From Candidatus Krumholzibacteriia bacterium (GTDB lineage: Bacteria > Krumholzibacteriota > Krumholzibacteriia > JAJRXK01): a stretch of 50,892 nt of DNA. Location of the stretch: assembly GCA_041484665.1 (NCBI GenBank), contig JBGPIA010000025.1:1-50892 (forward strand), given 5' to 3'. A program made the position numbers and the translations under genes. How positions within the stretch are numbered: position 1 is the stretch's first letter; the number at the start of each line of letters is the position of its first letter. A model generated the notes under the pieces. That model was not told the DNA's origin, did not search any database, and saw nothing but the letters and a program-made list of their open reading frames with translations. This document shows, one piece after another, positions 39,611-48,851 of this stretch.

Positions 39611-40780
39611 ATGCGCTGCGGCTCGACTGCTGCCGCCATCGCGCTCTGTGTGATCCTGGCAGCTGCGCGCGCTGATGCTCGAACTTGGCGGGTCGAGCGG
39701 GACGGCAGTGGGGAGTTCACCACCCTCCAGCCTGCCCTGGACGGCGCCGCGCCCGGAGACACGATTCTCATTGGTCCCGGCCGTTACACTGAGTTCGCTC
39801 CGTTCGATGGCCCTGGCGGCCTGGAGCCGACCTATGCGGGCGTCGGCGTCGACAACCTGACACTCCGCGGGACCGACCGTGATGCCGTCATCATCGGTCC
39901 CAGCGTGGCCAGTTTCCAGGGCTTCGGGCCCAAGGGGATCTACACCACCTGGGACGTGCGCACCGTCCGTATCGAGCAGCTCACCGTGGAGAACGTCAGG
40001 GATGGTGCATACCTGGTGGGTCAGGTTCTGGTGGACGACTGCGTCTTCCGCAAGTGCGACCTCGGAGTTTCCGGCGTGGACGATCGCGAGCTAGTGGTGC
40101 GTCGCTGCCGATTCGAGGGGAATATCGGGGATGGGATGTTGGCGATCGGGTGGGGGGGCACCGGAGTGGAGGTGAGCGACTGCCGCTTTGTGGACAACGT
40201 GACGGGGCTGGACTTTCTTCGCACACCCAATGGGATCGTCTCCCACTGCACGTTTCAGGGTGGGCGCGTGGGCGTACAGTACGAGCAGGGCGCGTCGGGC
40301 ACCGTCGCCGATTGCAGTTTCACAAACGTCCAGGTTGCCGCCGCGGCCGCCGCCCTCCTCGCAGATCTGCGACTCGACAGGAACGTCATGACAGGCGGCA
40401 CCGAACAGATCGTCGTCGACAGCTCCAGCCACATCTCCGGCACGCAAAACACGCTCAACGGTGGTTCGTACGCCACCGTAGAGTTCAACGGCAACTGCAC
40501 GGCCGACTTCCACGGCAACGACATCCTCAAGAGAGGAGGGTGGCTCGTCTACGCTGACACCTACCTGGGCGCTGCCTTCACGATCGACCTCCAGAACAAC
40601 TACTGGGGGTTGACCGACGCAGCGGCCATCGCCGCAGCGATCCGAGATGGCAACGACGACCCCTCAATCCACGCCGTCGTGGAGTTTGAGCCCTTCGCGG
40701 GCGGAACTGTTCCGACTGCCCAGCTCTCGATCGGTGAGCTCAAGGCTCGCTACCAGACACAGCCCGCGCCGAAGCGGTAA
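39611..40780 (+). CDS. Secreted right-handed beta-helix protein, paralog 1
   Basis: Signal peptide; TWRVERDGSGEFTTLQPA..GDTILIGPGRY; CxF repeats; DLQNNYWG; tail VPTAQLSIGELKARY. Confidence 0.88.
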   Translation: MRCGSTAAAIALCVILAAARADARTWRVERDGSGEFTTLQPALDGAAPGDTILIGPGRYTEFAPFDGPGGLEPTYAGVGVDNLTLRGTDRDAVIIGPSVASFQGFGPKGIYTTWDVRTVRIEQLTVENVRDGAYLVGQVLVDDCVFRKCDLGVSGVDDRELVVRRCRFEGNIGDGMLAIGWGGTGVEVSDCRFVDNVTGLDFLRTPNGIVSHCTFQGGRVGVQYEQGASGTVADCSFTNVQVAAAAAALLADLRLDRNVMTGGTEQIVVDSSSHISGTQNTLNGGSYATVEFNGNCTADFHGNDILKRGGWLVYADTYLGAAFTIDLQNNYWGLTDAAAIAAAIRDGNDDPSIHAVVEFEPFAGGTVPTAQLSIGELKARYQTQPAPKR

Positions 40781-41057
40781 GGGGCACGGGTCGAAACGCG
40801 CGCGCTGGAATCCTGAGCGCCACTGCCATGCGCGCTTGTCGCGGTCCCGGGCGGTCAGGCGGGTTCGTCCGGTGTGCGCCTGCGTCTGTGGCGGAGGCAT
40901 AGGTGCCTGCCTGCCTGCCTGGTTGAACCGACCGTCGCCGCCCGAATGCCCCAGCAGGCACAGGGCCCCGTCAACCTCATCGCCCGCACGATGAGCACTC
41001 GAAAGCAAGTGGCGGCCCCGGGTGTGGCCGGGAGGGCTCGCGTCCGCCCCCGTGGCT

Positions 41058-41385
41058 CTCAGTTCGTAGTCCGTCTCACCCGGGCCCCCGGATGCCCAAT
41101 CTGTGTCAAACGCTCCGGGGTCCAAACGCCAGAAACCGAGACCGCGAGACAGTTCGGCCCGTTTCCAAGGCTTTCATCCGGGCCCCCGTCCGCAACCCTC
41201 CTCGAACCAGAGAACACGCGCCCAGGCCGCCCTCGCAAACCCCCTGGAATCCAGCAGATGAAGCGACCCCGCCTCGGCCAGGAGACGGGATCTGCGTCAA
41301 CCCGCGGGGCCTCGCTTTCCGAGGCCGGATCAGTTGGCTCCCCGGGCAGGACACTCTTAGGAACAGTCTCGGTCCGGAGCTTGAC
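41058..41385. repeat. Dispersed non-coding repeat, copy B (tRNA 3'-end fragment at 41335-41352 on minus strand)
   Basis: Constant 8262-bp offset to copy A across 300 nt. Confidence 0.85.
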
Positions 41386-41587
41386 CTCTCGGCGTTCAAC
41401 GCGCGCGGGCGATTCCGAGGAGCGTCCGGGACGGGCTGTCGAGCGAGACGCCTGGTGAACCCGCCCTCATGATGGAATCGCCGGGCGATGCCAGTGGCGC
41501 GAGGCCACCTCGAGGCGCCGGATGATTAAGCAGTAGGGACCCCACCCCGGATGGCATGGCGCGACCGCTCGGCTGGCAGGACGGCTG

Positions 41588-43300
41588 TCAGCGAACCAAT
41601 ACGAGGGAGGCCTGGTCCCGCTCCCCGTGGTTCTCCAGTACGACGCGATAGGCTCCGCTCGCAGCAGGCCGACCCGCGTCGTCGCGGCCATCCCAGGCGA
41701 CGTCTCGCAGGCCGGGGGAAACGACGGCGTCCAGCAGCGTGCGGACGACGCGGCCGCTGGCATCCAGGACGCGCAGCCGAGCCGGACCCGGCATGGCAAA
41801 CAGACAGCGGATCTCGGTCTGCGGATTGAACGGATTCGGCGCGACGGCCACGATTGCGGATCGGGCGGAAGGCCGCGCAATCTGCGCATCTGCCGACGCG
41901 AGCACGCCGCCGCCGGTCGAAACCTCCATGCGATAGCGATAGACGTACCCTGGCCGGACATCCGTGTCCAGCCACTGGCCGGTCAGTGGAAACACTCCGT
42001 CGCCCCAGCCGCGCACGACTTGCGGCTCATGCCCGTTCACCCAGCGAGTCAGCCAGGCGCTGTCGACCTGCGCTGTGTGCGCGCTCGACCAGGTGACGAG
42101 GTTAGCCCCTGGCTCGGCATGTGCGGAGAGCGCGACCGTAGCCGCAGGAACCAGGGTCCCCTCGTAGACGTACGCGGACCAGTTCGATGCATACAGCCGG
42201 TCGTTCAGAACGTGCAGTCGAGCAGGCAGTGCCTCGGGGAATCCTTGGAGGGCTTGCCAGCGGCGCCCATCCCACAGCGCGAGTCCCGGTGCCGGCATTC
42301 CGCCTGCCGCGAGAAACGTTCCGCTGACGATCAGATTGCTCTGGTACTCGACGACCGAGGAGATCGCACCCCCGTCGACGCCAGTGCCGAGAGGGGACCA
42401 GCTGGTGCCATCCCACGCCGCGATCCCCGTGGCTTCCATTCCGTCGACCGATGTGAATCCTCCAAAGGCGATCAGCGCGCCGCGGTAGACAGTGACCCCG
42501 GCCAAACTGCCTTCCGGCGAAGGTGTCGCGGTTGCGCCAACGTCGTGCCACCCTCCCGTGCCCAACTGTAGAACTCGGGACTTCCAGGCCCCCGCGAGCT
42601 GCTCCTGCGCTGCTATTACGAAGCTGCCCTGAAATAGAGCGACGTCTGAGATCAACCCATCGCGCGCAGGTCCAACGGGCATCCACTGACCGTCGCGCCA
42701 CTCGATCAGTCGCTGCGGACTGTTATCGATCCGGCCCACCGCGACGATCGTTGTACCCAGCGACTTGAACCAGCGCACCTCGGAACAAGCGGTGGTGGTT
42801 TGCTGCTCCAGGCAGGCCGGGGTCGAGCAACCCAGCCAGACCGCCCATCCCGAGTCCTCCAACCGTCTCAGGGCTGAGTTTTCGGAGCAGGTACAATGTG
42901 TTCCGCCCGCATACACCAGGTACCGGTCATAGTTGCCGACGTCGATCTGGTAGAATTCGCAGTCCGAGCTTCCGGCAGCACCGACTGCGGCGCTGTTCAA
43001 CTTGCCGACGGAGCCAAAGTCCAGGAAGGGCACCCAGCGGTCACCTCGCAAGATGACGAGCGCGTAGAAGCTATTCAACTCCGGTGCCGCCACGACCGTG
43101 CCATCGTACGCCGCCATGGACCGCAGAAAGTTGTACGGCAGCCCGGCGCCTCCGATCATGACCCAGTGCCCCTGCACGTCTCGGTCAGTCGAGGCAGCTT
43201 CCACGTTCTGATTGACTGCCGCAGACACGGCGCCGTCGGTTGGAGCGATCGCAATCCAGCCGATGAGTGCCAAGCAGAGGGACGATCCTACCCGGTTCAT
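41588..43300 (-). CDS. Secreted beta-propeller-like protein with C-terminal FlgD-Ig domain
   Basis: Signal peptide; WDGTSWSPLG repeats; PNPFNPQTEI..VRTL..WDGRDDAGRPAASGAY..LVLVR. Confidence 0.85.
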   Translation of the reverse strand: MNRVGSSLCLALIGWIAIAPTDGAVSAAVNQNVEAASTDRDVQGHWVMIGGAGLPYNFLRSMAAYDGTVVAAPELNSFYALVILRGDRWVPFLDFGSVGKLNSAAVGAAGSSDCEFYQIDVGNYDRYLVYAGGTHCTCSENSALRRLEDSGWAVWLGCSTPACLEQQTTTACSEVRWFKSLGTTIVAVGRIDNSPQRLIEWRDGQWMPVGPARDGLISDVALFQGSFVIAAQEQLAGAWKSRVLQLGTGGWHDVGATATPSPEGSLAGVTVYRGALIAFGGFTSVDGMEATGIAAWDGTSWSPLGTGVDGGAISSVVEYQSNLIVSGTFLAAGGMPAPGLALWDGRRWQALQGFPEALPARLHVLNDRLYASNWSAYVYEGTLVPAATVALSAHAEPGANLVTWSSAHTAQVDSAWLTRWVNGHEPQVVRGWGDGVFPLTGQWLDTDVRPGYVYRYRMEVSTGGGVLASADAQIARPSARSAIVAVAPNPFNPQTEIRCLFAMPGPARLRVLDASGRVVRTLLDAVVSPGLRDVAWDGRDDAGRPAASGAYRVVLENHGERDQASLVLVR

Positions 43301-43303
43301 GCC

Positions 43304-44585
43304 TGTGCCCTCCGATCGATCGGGCCGCCAGTGCGTTCCTGGACTTGCCTGGCCTCCAACGGCGGGCGGTGGCCATGCTCATCCTGATCCTACGCTCCCT
43401 CCTGGCAGCACTCCAGACCCGCCGATCACTCACCCTCGAGAACCTGGCCCTGCGGCACCAGCTGGAGGTGCTCTAGCGCGGCGGCAAGCGACCCCGCTTG
43501 ACCAAGCAGGACCGCGTCTTATGGGTCGTCATATCACGGATTTGGAATGGCTGGCGACGGAGCCTGCTGATCGTCCAGCCGGAGACCGTCATCCGCTGGC
43601 ACCGCCTGGGCTACCGGCTCTACTGGCGCCTGAAGAGCCAGCGACGCCACTGCGGCCGACCACGCCTCACCCTGGACGAACGCGAGCTGATCCGCCGCAT
43701 TGCCCGCGAGAATCCGCTGTGGGGCGCCCCGCGCGTCCATGGCGAGCTGCTGAAGCTGGGCGTGGAGATGAGCCAGGCGACGGTGGCCAAGTACAGGAAA
43801 CTCCGCCGGCCACCCTCCCAGGGTTGGAAGACGTTCCTGGTCAACCACGCCAGGGAGATCGCGGCAGTCGACTTCTTCGAGGTCCCAACCGCCGCGATGC
43901 GCAGCCTGTATGTGTTCCTGGTGCTCGCTCACGACCGACGCAAGGTGCTCGGGTTCGAGGTGACGGACGCGCCGACGGGGGAGTGGGCGGCCGAGCAGGT
44001 CATCCAGGCCCTCGACTTCGACGGCGCACCGACGTTCGTCCTGCGCGACGGAGATCACAAGTACGGAGACGTGTTCGGGGAGCGGATCAGTCTGGCCCGA
44101 CTGGAGGAAATCATCTCGGCGCCATATTCCCCGTGGCAAAACGGATTCGCGGAACAAGTGATCGGGAGCATCCGCCGAGAATGCCTGGATCACGTCATCG
44201 TCTTCAGCGCGGATCACTTACGCCGCGTGCTCGCCGAGTACCTGGACTACTACCACCGGTCACGGACGCACCTCGGGTTGGACAAGGACTGCCCCGAGCC
44301 GAGGGACGTCGAGCCCCCGGAGGCCGGCGAGATCGTGGCGCTCCCGGTGCTCGGTGGGCTCCACCATCGGTATCTCCGCGAAGCCGCCTGACGATTCTCC
44401 GAAATTACCGCCAAGCGAGGACAGACAGGCCGGCGGAGCTATGTCCACACGGCCTCAGGCGGGCTTTCAGGCAAGCGTCAGTCGGAGCGGGAGGCCGGCC
44501 GGCCCGCGCTTCACGGCGCAATCCCCGGGAAATGCCGATGGCGTACGGGCAATCGGTGGCGTCGGATGAATAATTGGTAGGCACA
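43304..44585 (+). mobile_element. IS481-like element with DDE integrase-core transposase, inactivated by TAG at 43474-43476
   Basis: Ends TGTGCCCTCCGAT / ATTGGTAGGCACA (imperfect IR, TGT..ACA); ORF 43376-44391 with AVDFF, LRDGD, PWQNGFAE, RRECLDH. Confidence 0.8.
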
Positions 44586-44735
44586 CGCGTCAATGGCAGG
44601 CTGGATCGTGGTGTACTGCCTGCTGCCGTCGCGCTCGACTCGCCAAGTGCGCGCTTCGGCAGCCATGGGCGCTGCCCACACCAGCAGCACCGTCAGGGCC
44701 GCACAAGCCGCTACCGTGGATCTCGCCCATCGCAT
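44586..44735 (-). pseudogene. Beta-helix paralog 2, N-terminus only
   Basis: MRWARSTV..AEARTWRVERDGSRQYTTIQPAIDA, cut at the IS end. Confidence 0.85.
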
Positions 44736-44780
44736 CGAGACCCACCCCGGTTCGAGACCGGGCTCCCGAGCCACTCCTCA

Positions 44781-44809
44781 AGTATGCGCCTCGCGCTGGC
44801 TGGGGCCAA
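44781..44809 (-). promoter_or_regulatory. Putative sigma70-type promoter
   Basis: TTGGCC-N17-CATACT; same layout upstream of another paralog at 47517-47545. Confidence 0.6.
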
Positions 44810-44864
44810 GCCGGCCATCGAAGGCGAGCAGTCCGTAGGCGCGTTCTGGCTGGCCATGCCCCGT

Positions 44865-46058
44865 TTACTTGCGGACCGGCCCGCCCTTCCCCGGGGCCGG
44901 GTCACCCCCAAAGCGCGATTTGAGCCCGCCGACGCTGATGGACCGCGCCGGGACCGAGTGCGTCGCAAACGGCTCGAACAGGAACACGGCGTTCGTCTGA
45001 GGGTCGTCGTTGACGTCCCAGATGAGCTCGCGGATGGCATCGGCGCTGTCCACGCCCCAGTAGTTGTTGGTGAGGTCGATCGTGGAGCGGTCGGGGTGGA
45101 CGTACCCGTCGGCGCGTGCTCCGTAGCCTTGGGCTGGAAGGATGTTGCTTGAATGCACGGAAGCGGTCGCGTACGACTCTACAAGCACTGTCGCGTACGT
45201 GGAACCCCGCAGCAGATTGTCCGTTCCACTTATATCGGCATACAGGCTCGACCAGAGTTGCGCCTGCCCCCCGTGCGCTGCATTGTGGTTTGCAATGACT
45301 CTGGCGGTTCCTGTTCCGACGATGGCGTAGTTGTTGAGGTTCATGAAGGAGCAGTACTCGACGAGGCCATCGCTGTCATCGTGTTTGGTGCCGCCGATCC
45401 CATTCTCGAAATGGCACCGGCGCACGTTTCCACGCTGACACTGCATGTAGCTCACGCCCACCGAATTCTCGGTGAAAACACTGTCCAAAACCTCGAGATC
45501 GTGGCCATTCCACACGTCGATCGCTTCCCTGCACCGCTGGGCTTCACAACCCTCGGCCCGCAGGCTCAGGCCATCGACCCCGATCACGCCGAGGTCGCAC
45601 CGGCGTAGTAGACACCCATGCAGCACGACGTTGCCGATCAAGTACAGCCCGTCGTGAACGTTCTCCACCGTGAGGTTCTCCAACCGCAGGTGCTGCACGT
45701 TCACCTGCGTCACGATTCCCTTGGGGCCATACGTGGTGAAGTCCGGCGCAGTCGGCCCGATGATCACTGCGTCGCGGTTGGTCCCGCGCAACGTCAGGTT
45801 CTCGGTGTACACCCCGACGTAGGTCGGCTCCGTCCACCCGGGCAGCGAGAACGGTTCTACCTCTGTATACCGCCCCGGCCCCAGCTGGATCGTGTCGCCC
45901 TGAACTGCCGCTGCCAGCGCGGGCTTGATCGTGCTGAAATCCCCGGTGCCATCACGCTCGACGCGCCAGGTATGAGCAGCGGCTGGACCGGGCGGTGTGA
46001 TCCAAGGTAGCGCCGCGCAGCATATCCAGGCACGAACCGACGAGAATCGGTGCGTCAT
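44865..46058 (-). CDS. Secreted beta-helix protein, paralog 3
   Basis: TWRVERDGTGDFSTIKPA..GPGRY; DLTNNYWG; tail VPARSISVGGLKSRF. Confidence 0.88.
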   Translation of the reverse strand: MTHRFSSVRAWICCAALPWITPPGPAAAHTWRVERDGTGDFSTIKPALAAAVQGDTIQLGPGRYTEVEPFSLPGWTEPTYVGVYTENLTLRGTNRDAVIIGPTAPDFTTYGPKGIVTQVNVQHLRLENLTVENVHDGLYLIGNVVLHGCLLRRCDLGVIGVDGLSLRAEGCEAQRCREAIDVWNGHDLEVLDSVFTENSVGVSYMQCQRGNVRRCHFENGIGGTKHDDSDGLVEYCSFMNLNNYAIVGTGTARVIANHNAAHGGQAQLWSSLYADISGTDNLLRGSTYATVLVESYATASVHSSNILPAQGYGARADGYVHPDRSTIDLTNNYWGVDSADAIRELIWDVNDDPQTNAVFLFEPFATHSVPARSISVGGLKSRFGGDPAPGKGGPVRK

Positions 46059-46280
46059 CGGGGCCTCCAGACCCGAGGCCGTGTGCTCGACTACCTCAAC
46101 GGTGCGCCTCGGGGAATGCGCCCGCAAGTCTGGGACTGTGATCTGGGCCCCTACGGGGGCAGTGGCGCCGGGCTGCGACGTGGAACTCAGGCGCCCACTC
46201 ACGTGGAGCCCTTGTCGGCCGGGCAGATCGTGAGAATGGATCAGGATCCAAGACCGCCGGCCCGAAACCGCCGCCCAGCC

Positions 46281-47471
46281 CTACTGCTTCTGCGCCCCGT
46301 ACGACGTCTTCAAGGACCCGATCGACCGTTGCGGCGCCGGAACGGAGGACGTGGCGAACGGCTGAAAATCGACGAACCCGTGCACCTGGGGATCGTCGTT
46401 GCCGTCCCAGAGGTGGGCAGCGATCGTGTCGGCGATCGCCGTGCCCCAGTAGTTGTCGGTCAGGTTCAGGTGGACCGGCTGCTGGGCGTTCATGTAGGAC
46501 TCGAGACGGACTGTGTACCCGCCCCCGAGCTTGATGTCGTTGTGATGGAGGTCCATCGTTGTCTCGCCGCCAATGCGCAATGCATACCCAAGGGGCCCAG
46601 TCTCGATGTAGTTGTCAGAGCCCGTCACGTTGGAGTGACCGCCGGCGATGATCTTCTGTCCGGGTCCTTGCAGGCGATTCCCAACGATTTGAACGTTTGA
46701 GGATATGCTTACGTCTACTGCAGCTCCATTCAGTTCGATGTCGAATGCTGAGTCCTCAACCGTTCCGGTGCCGAATCGGTCGTAGATGATGCCACAGGGT
46801 CGGAAATAACACCGCCGTACGTTGGCGTTGTTTGCAAAGCTGAAGACCGCCCCACCTCCAAGGTTGTCGACGAACTGCGTGTCTTGTACCTCGATGTTCG
46901 CCGCTGGTGGGTCGGTTGAGAGGCCCCAGCGTGTGCAGCGCGTGAAGAGGCAGTCCGCGACGCGCAGTCCGCTCTCCGTGAACCCGAACATGCCGATGCC
47001 ACATCCCGTCACCTGGCACATCGCGACATCGGCGTGGCCACGCAGCCGCAGTCCATTGTAGACGTTCTGGACGGTGAGCTGCCGAACCCGGAGATTCAAA
47101 GCATGATCCAGCCGCATCGCGATGCCGGTCGGATCGAAACCCTGGAAGTTCGGCACGTCGGGGCCGATCACCACCGAGTCACGCTGGACGCCGATCAGTG
47201 TGAGGTCGCTGACGCTCACGCCCACGAAGGTCTCCCCCCCTCCGAGCTCGTTGTCGAAGGGAAAGATGGAGGACTCGCGGTAGCGCCCCGCGCCGATCAG
47301 TACCGTATCTCCCGGGGCAGCGGCGTCCACGGCTGGTTGGATGGTCGTGAAATCCCCCGAGCCGTCGCGGGCGACCCGCCAGGCCCGGGCGGATGCGGTC
47401 GTCGAGCCTGCACAGGTGAGAACGCCTGCGAGCCAAAGGGTTGTGGCAGCTGCGCCAGTCTGGCGCCACAT
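46281..47471 (-). CDS. Secreted beta-helix protein, paralog 4
   Basis: AWRVARDGSGDFTTIQPA; NLTDNYWG; tail VPAPQRSIGSLKTSY. Confidence 0.88.
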   Translation of the reverse strand: MWRQTGAAATTLWLAGVLTCAGSTTASARAWRVARDGSGDFTTIQPAVDAAAPGDTVLIGAGRYRESSIFPFDNELGGGETFVGVSVSDLTLIGVQRDSVVIGPDVPNFQGFDPTGIAMRLDHALNLRVRQLTVQNVYNGLRLRGHADVAMCQVTGCGIGMFGFTESGLRVADCLFTRCTRWGLSTDPPAANIEVQDTQFVDNLGGGAVFSFANNANVRRCYFRPCGIIYDRFGTGTVEDSAFDIELNGAAVDVSISSNVQIVGNRLQGPGQKIIAGGHSNVTGSDNYIETGPLGYALRIGGETTMDLHHNDIKLGGGYTVRLESYMNAQQPVHLNLTDNYWGTAIADTIAAHLWDGNDDPQVHGFVDFQPFATSSVPAPQRSIGSLKTSYGAQKQ

Positions 47472-47516
47472 GGGAAGCCCCCCGAGAATGACAGGTTGGG
47501 CGCCGAGCTGCCTCCA

Positions 47517-47545
47517 AGTATGCGCGCTACCTGCGCCTGTTCCAA
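47517..47545 (-). promoter_or_regulatory. Putative sigma70-type promoter
   Basis: TTGGAA-N17-CATACT. Confidence 0.6.
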
Positions 47546-47626
47546 GCCCGCTGCGGCGGCCCGGGCGGTCTGCTTTCCGGCGGCGAGAACCCGTGGGGGA
47601 GCGGCCCAGACCCGGTGCCCGCGGAC

Positions 47627-48790
47627 CTACTTGGCCTCCCCAAACCGCGCCTTCACCGTGCCGAAGGTGATCCTGCCCGCCGGGACCGGTTGCCCGAGAA
47701 ACGGCTGGAACAGCACCGTCGCCGTCAGGTATGAGAAGTCGTTGTGGTCGACGATCGAGTCGGCAATCTGCTGAACATCGGTTGTGCCCCAATAGTTGTT
47801 CGTCAGGTCGATGACGTGGGCCGGGCCAGTGGAAACCGTCCGCACCCGCGGGCCAGTACCCTGTAGGATGTGGCACGCATGAAGGCTGGCGGTGCCCTGA
47901 CCGTCAAAGGTCATCGTAGCCCAGGACCCACCAGGCAATACATTCCCTGTCCCAGTAACGCGGCTGTAGTTGGTGACATCAAGATTCACCTCGGCGCTTT
48001 CCAGGATGCAATCCGTCACGACGCACTGCGAGCCACTCTCGATGCCCAAGGCGACCCTCTGAATCCCTTGAAAGATGCAATCCTGTACAGTACCGCTCGC
48101 TGCGAAGGACAGCTGCGCACCCACGATGGCCCCTCGAAACGTGCAGTTGCTGATCAGTGTCCCCGCGGTCTGCGAGTCGATGCCGAAGCCACCGCCTACG
48201 AATGTGCAGCTAGTGACCACGGTACCTTGGGCGTTCAAATTGTCGGATACGGACAGGCCCATGGAGCCGTAATCGGTGAACGTGCAGCGCTCGAAGGTCG
48301 CGACGCCGCGCGCGGCCAGCTGCACCCCGTTGAAGCCGTTCCGGAGCGAGCAGTCGCGGACTGTGAGATCGATTCCCATGAAGCCGATTCCGACGTAGAC
48401 GTTTTCCACCGTGAGGTTCTCGACCTCGAAGGTTCCGGTGTCATGTGTGGCGACGATGCCATCCCAACGGACACCGTCCGGGGCTGCCTGCGATGGGCCA
48501 ACGATCACTGCGTCACGGCTAGTGCCGCGAAAAATCAAGTTCCCAACGCGCACGTCGACGACTTCGTAGAAAACCCCGTTCGTATGAACGACGGGATGGA
48601 TGTCATCATATCTCCCGGGTCCGATCAGGAGGACGTCTCCCGGTGCGGACGCATCTACGGCTGCCTGCAACGTCGTGAAATCGCCGGTGCCGTCGCGTTC
48701 GACCCGCCGCGTAGTCGCCGCTGCAGGCGCGGCGGTGAGCGCCAGCGCCAGGCTCGCGAACGCCGTGAGCATCCTTCGTCGAGCGCGCAT
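47627..48790 (-). CDS. Secreted beta-helix protein, paralog 5
   Basis: GAGGAGGT RBS; TRRVERDGTGDFTTLQAA; DLTNNYWG; tail VPAGRITFGTVKARF. Confidence 0.88.
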   Translation of the reverse strand: MRARRRMLTAFASLALALTAAPAAATTRRVERDGTGDFTTLQAAVDASAPGDVLLIGPGRYDDIHPVVHTNGVFYEVVDVRVGNLIFRGTSRDAVIVGPSQAAPDGVRWDGIVATHDTGTFEVENLTVENVYVGIGFMGIDLTVRDCSLRNGFNGVQLAARGVATFERCTFTDYGSMGLSVSDNLNAQGTVVTSCTFVGGGFGIDSQTAGTLISNCTFRGAIVGAQLSFAASGTVQDCIFQGIQRVALGIESGSQCVVTDCILESAEVNLDVTNYSRVTGTGNVLPGGSWATMTFDGQGTASLHACHILQGTGPRVRTVSTGPAHVIDLTNNYWGTTDVQQIADSIVDHNDFSYLTATVLFQPFLGQPVPAGRITFGTVKARFGEAK

Positions 48791-48807
48791 GAGTTACCTC
48801 CTCAGGG

Positions 48808-48835
48808 GGGTCCGGGGGAGAGAGCCCCCGGACCC
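48808..48835. other. Strong intergenic hairpin
   Basis: gggtccggggg-agagag-cccccggaccc, no clear U-tract. Confidence 0.6.
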
Positions 48836-48851
48836 TGCTGTTGCGTTCCGC

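Noticed and set aside
34896..43476. Amber (TAG) recoding or readthrough suggested by in-frame TAGs at 35145, 43474, 6343 and 6365
   Set aside because: TAG terminates intact genes (6186, 14148, 17799); these are single transitions from TGG or CAG in decaying sequences.
39611..48790. Diversity-generating retroelement or integron behind the paralog array
   Set aside because: No reverse transcriptase, no near-identical template/variable repeat pair, no integron integrase and no recognisable attC sites between genes.
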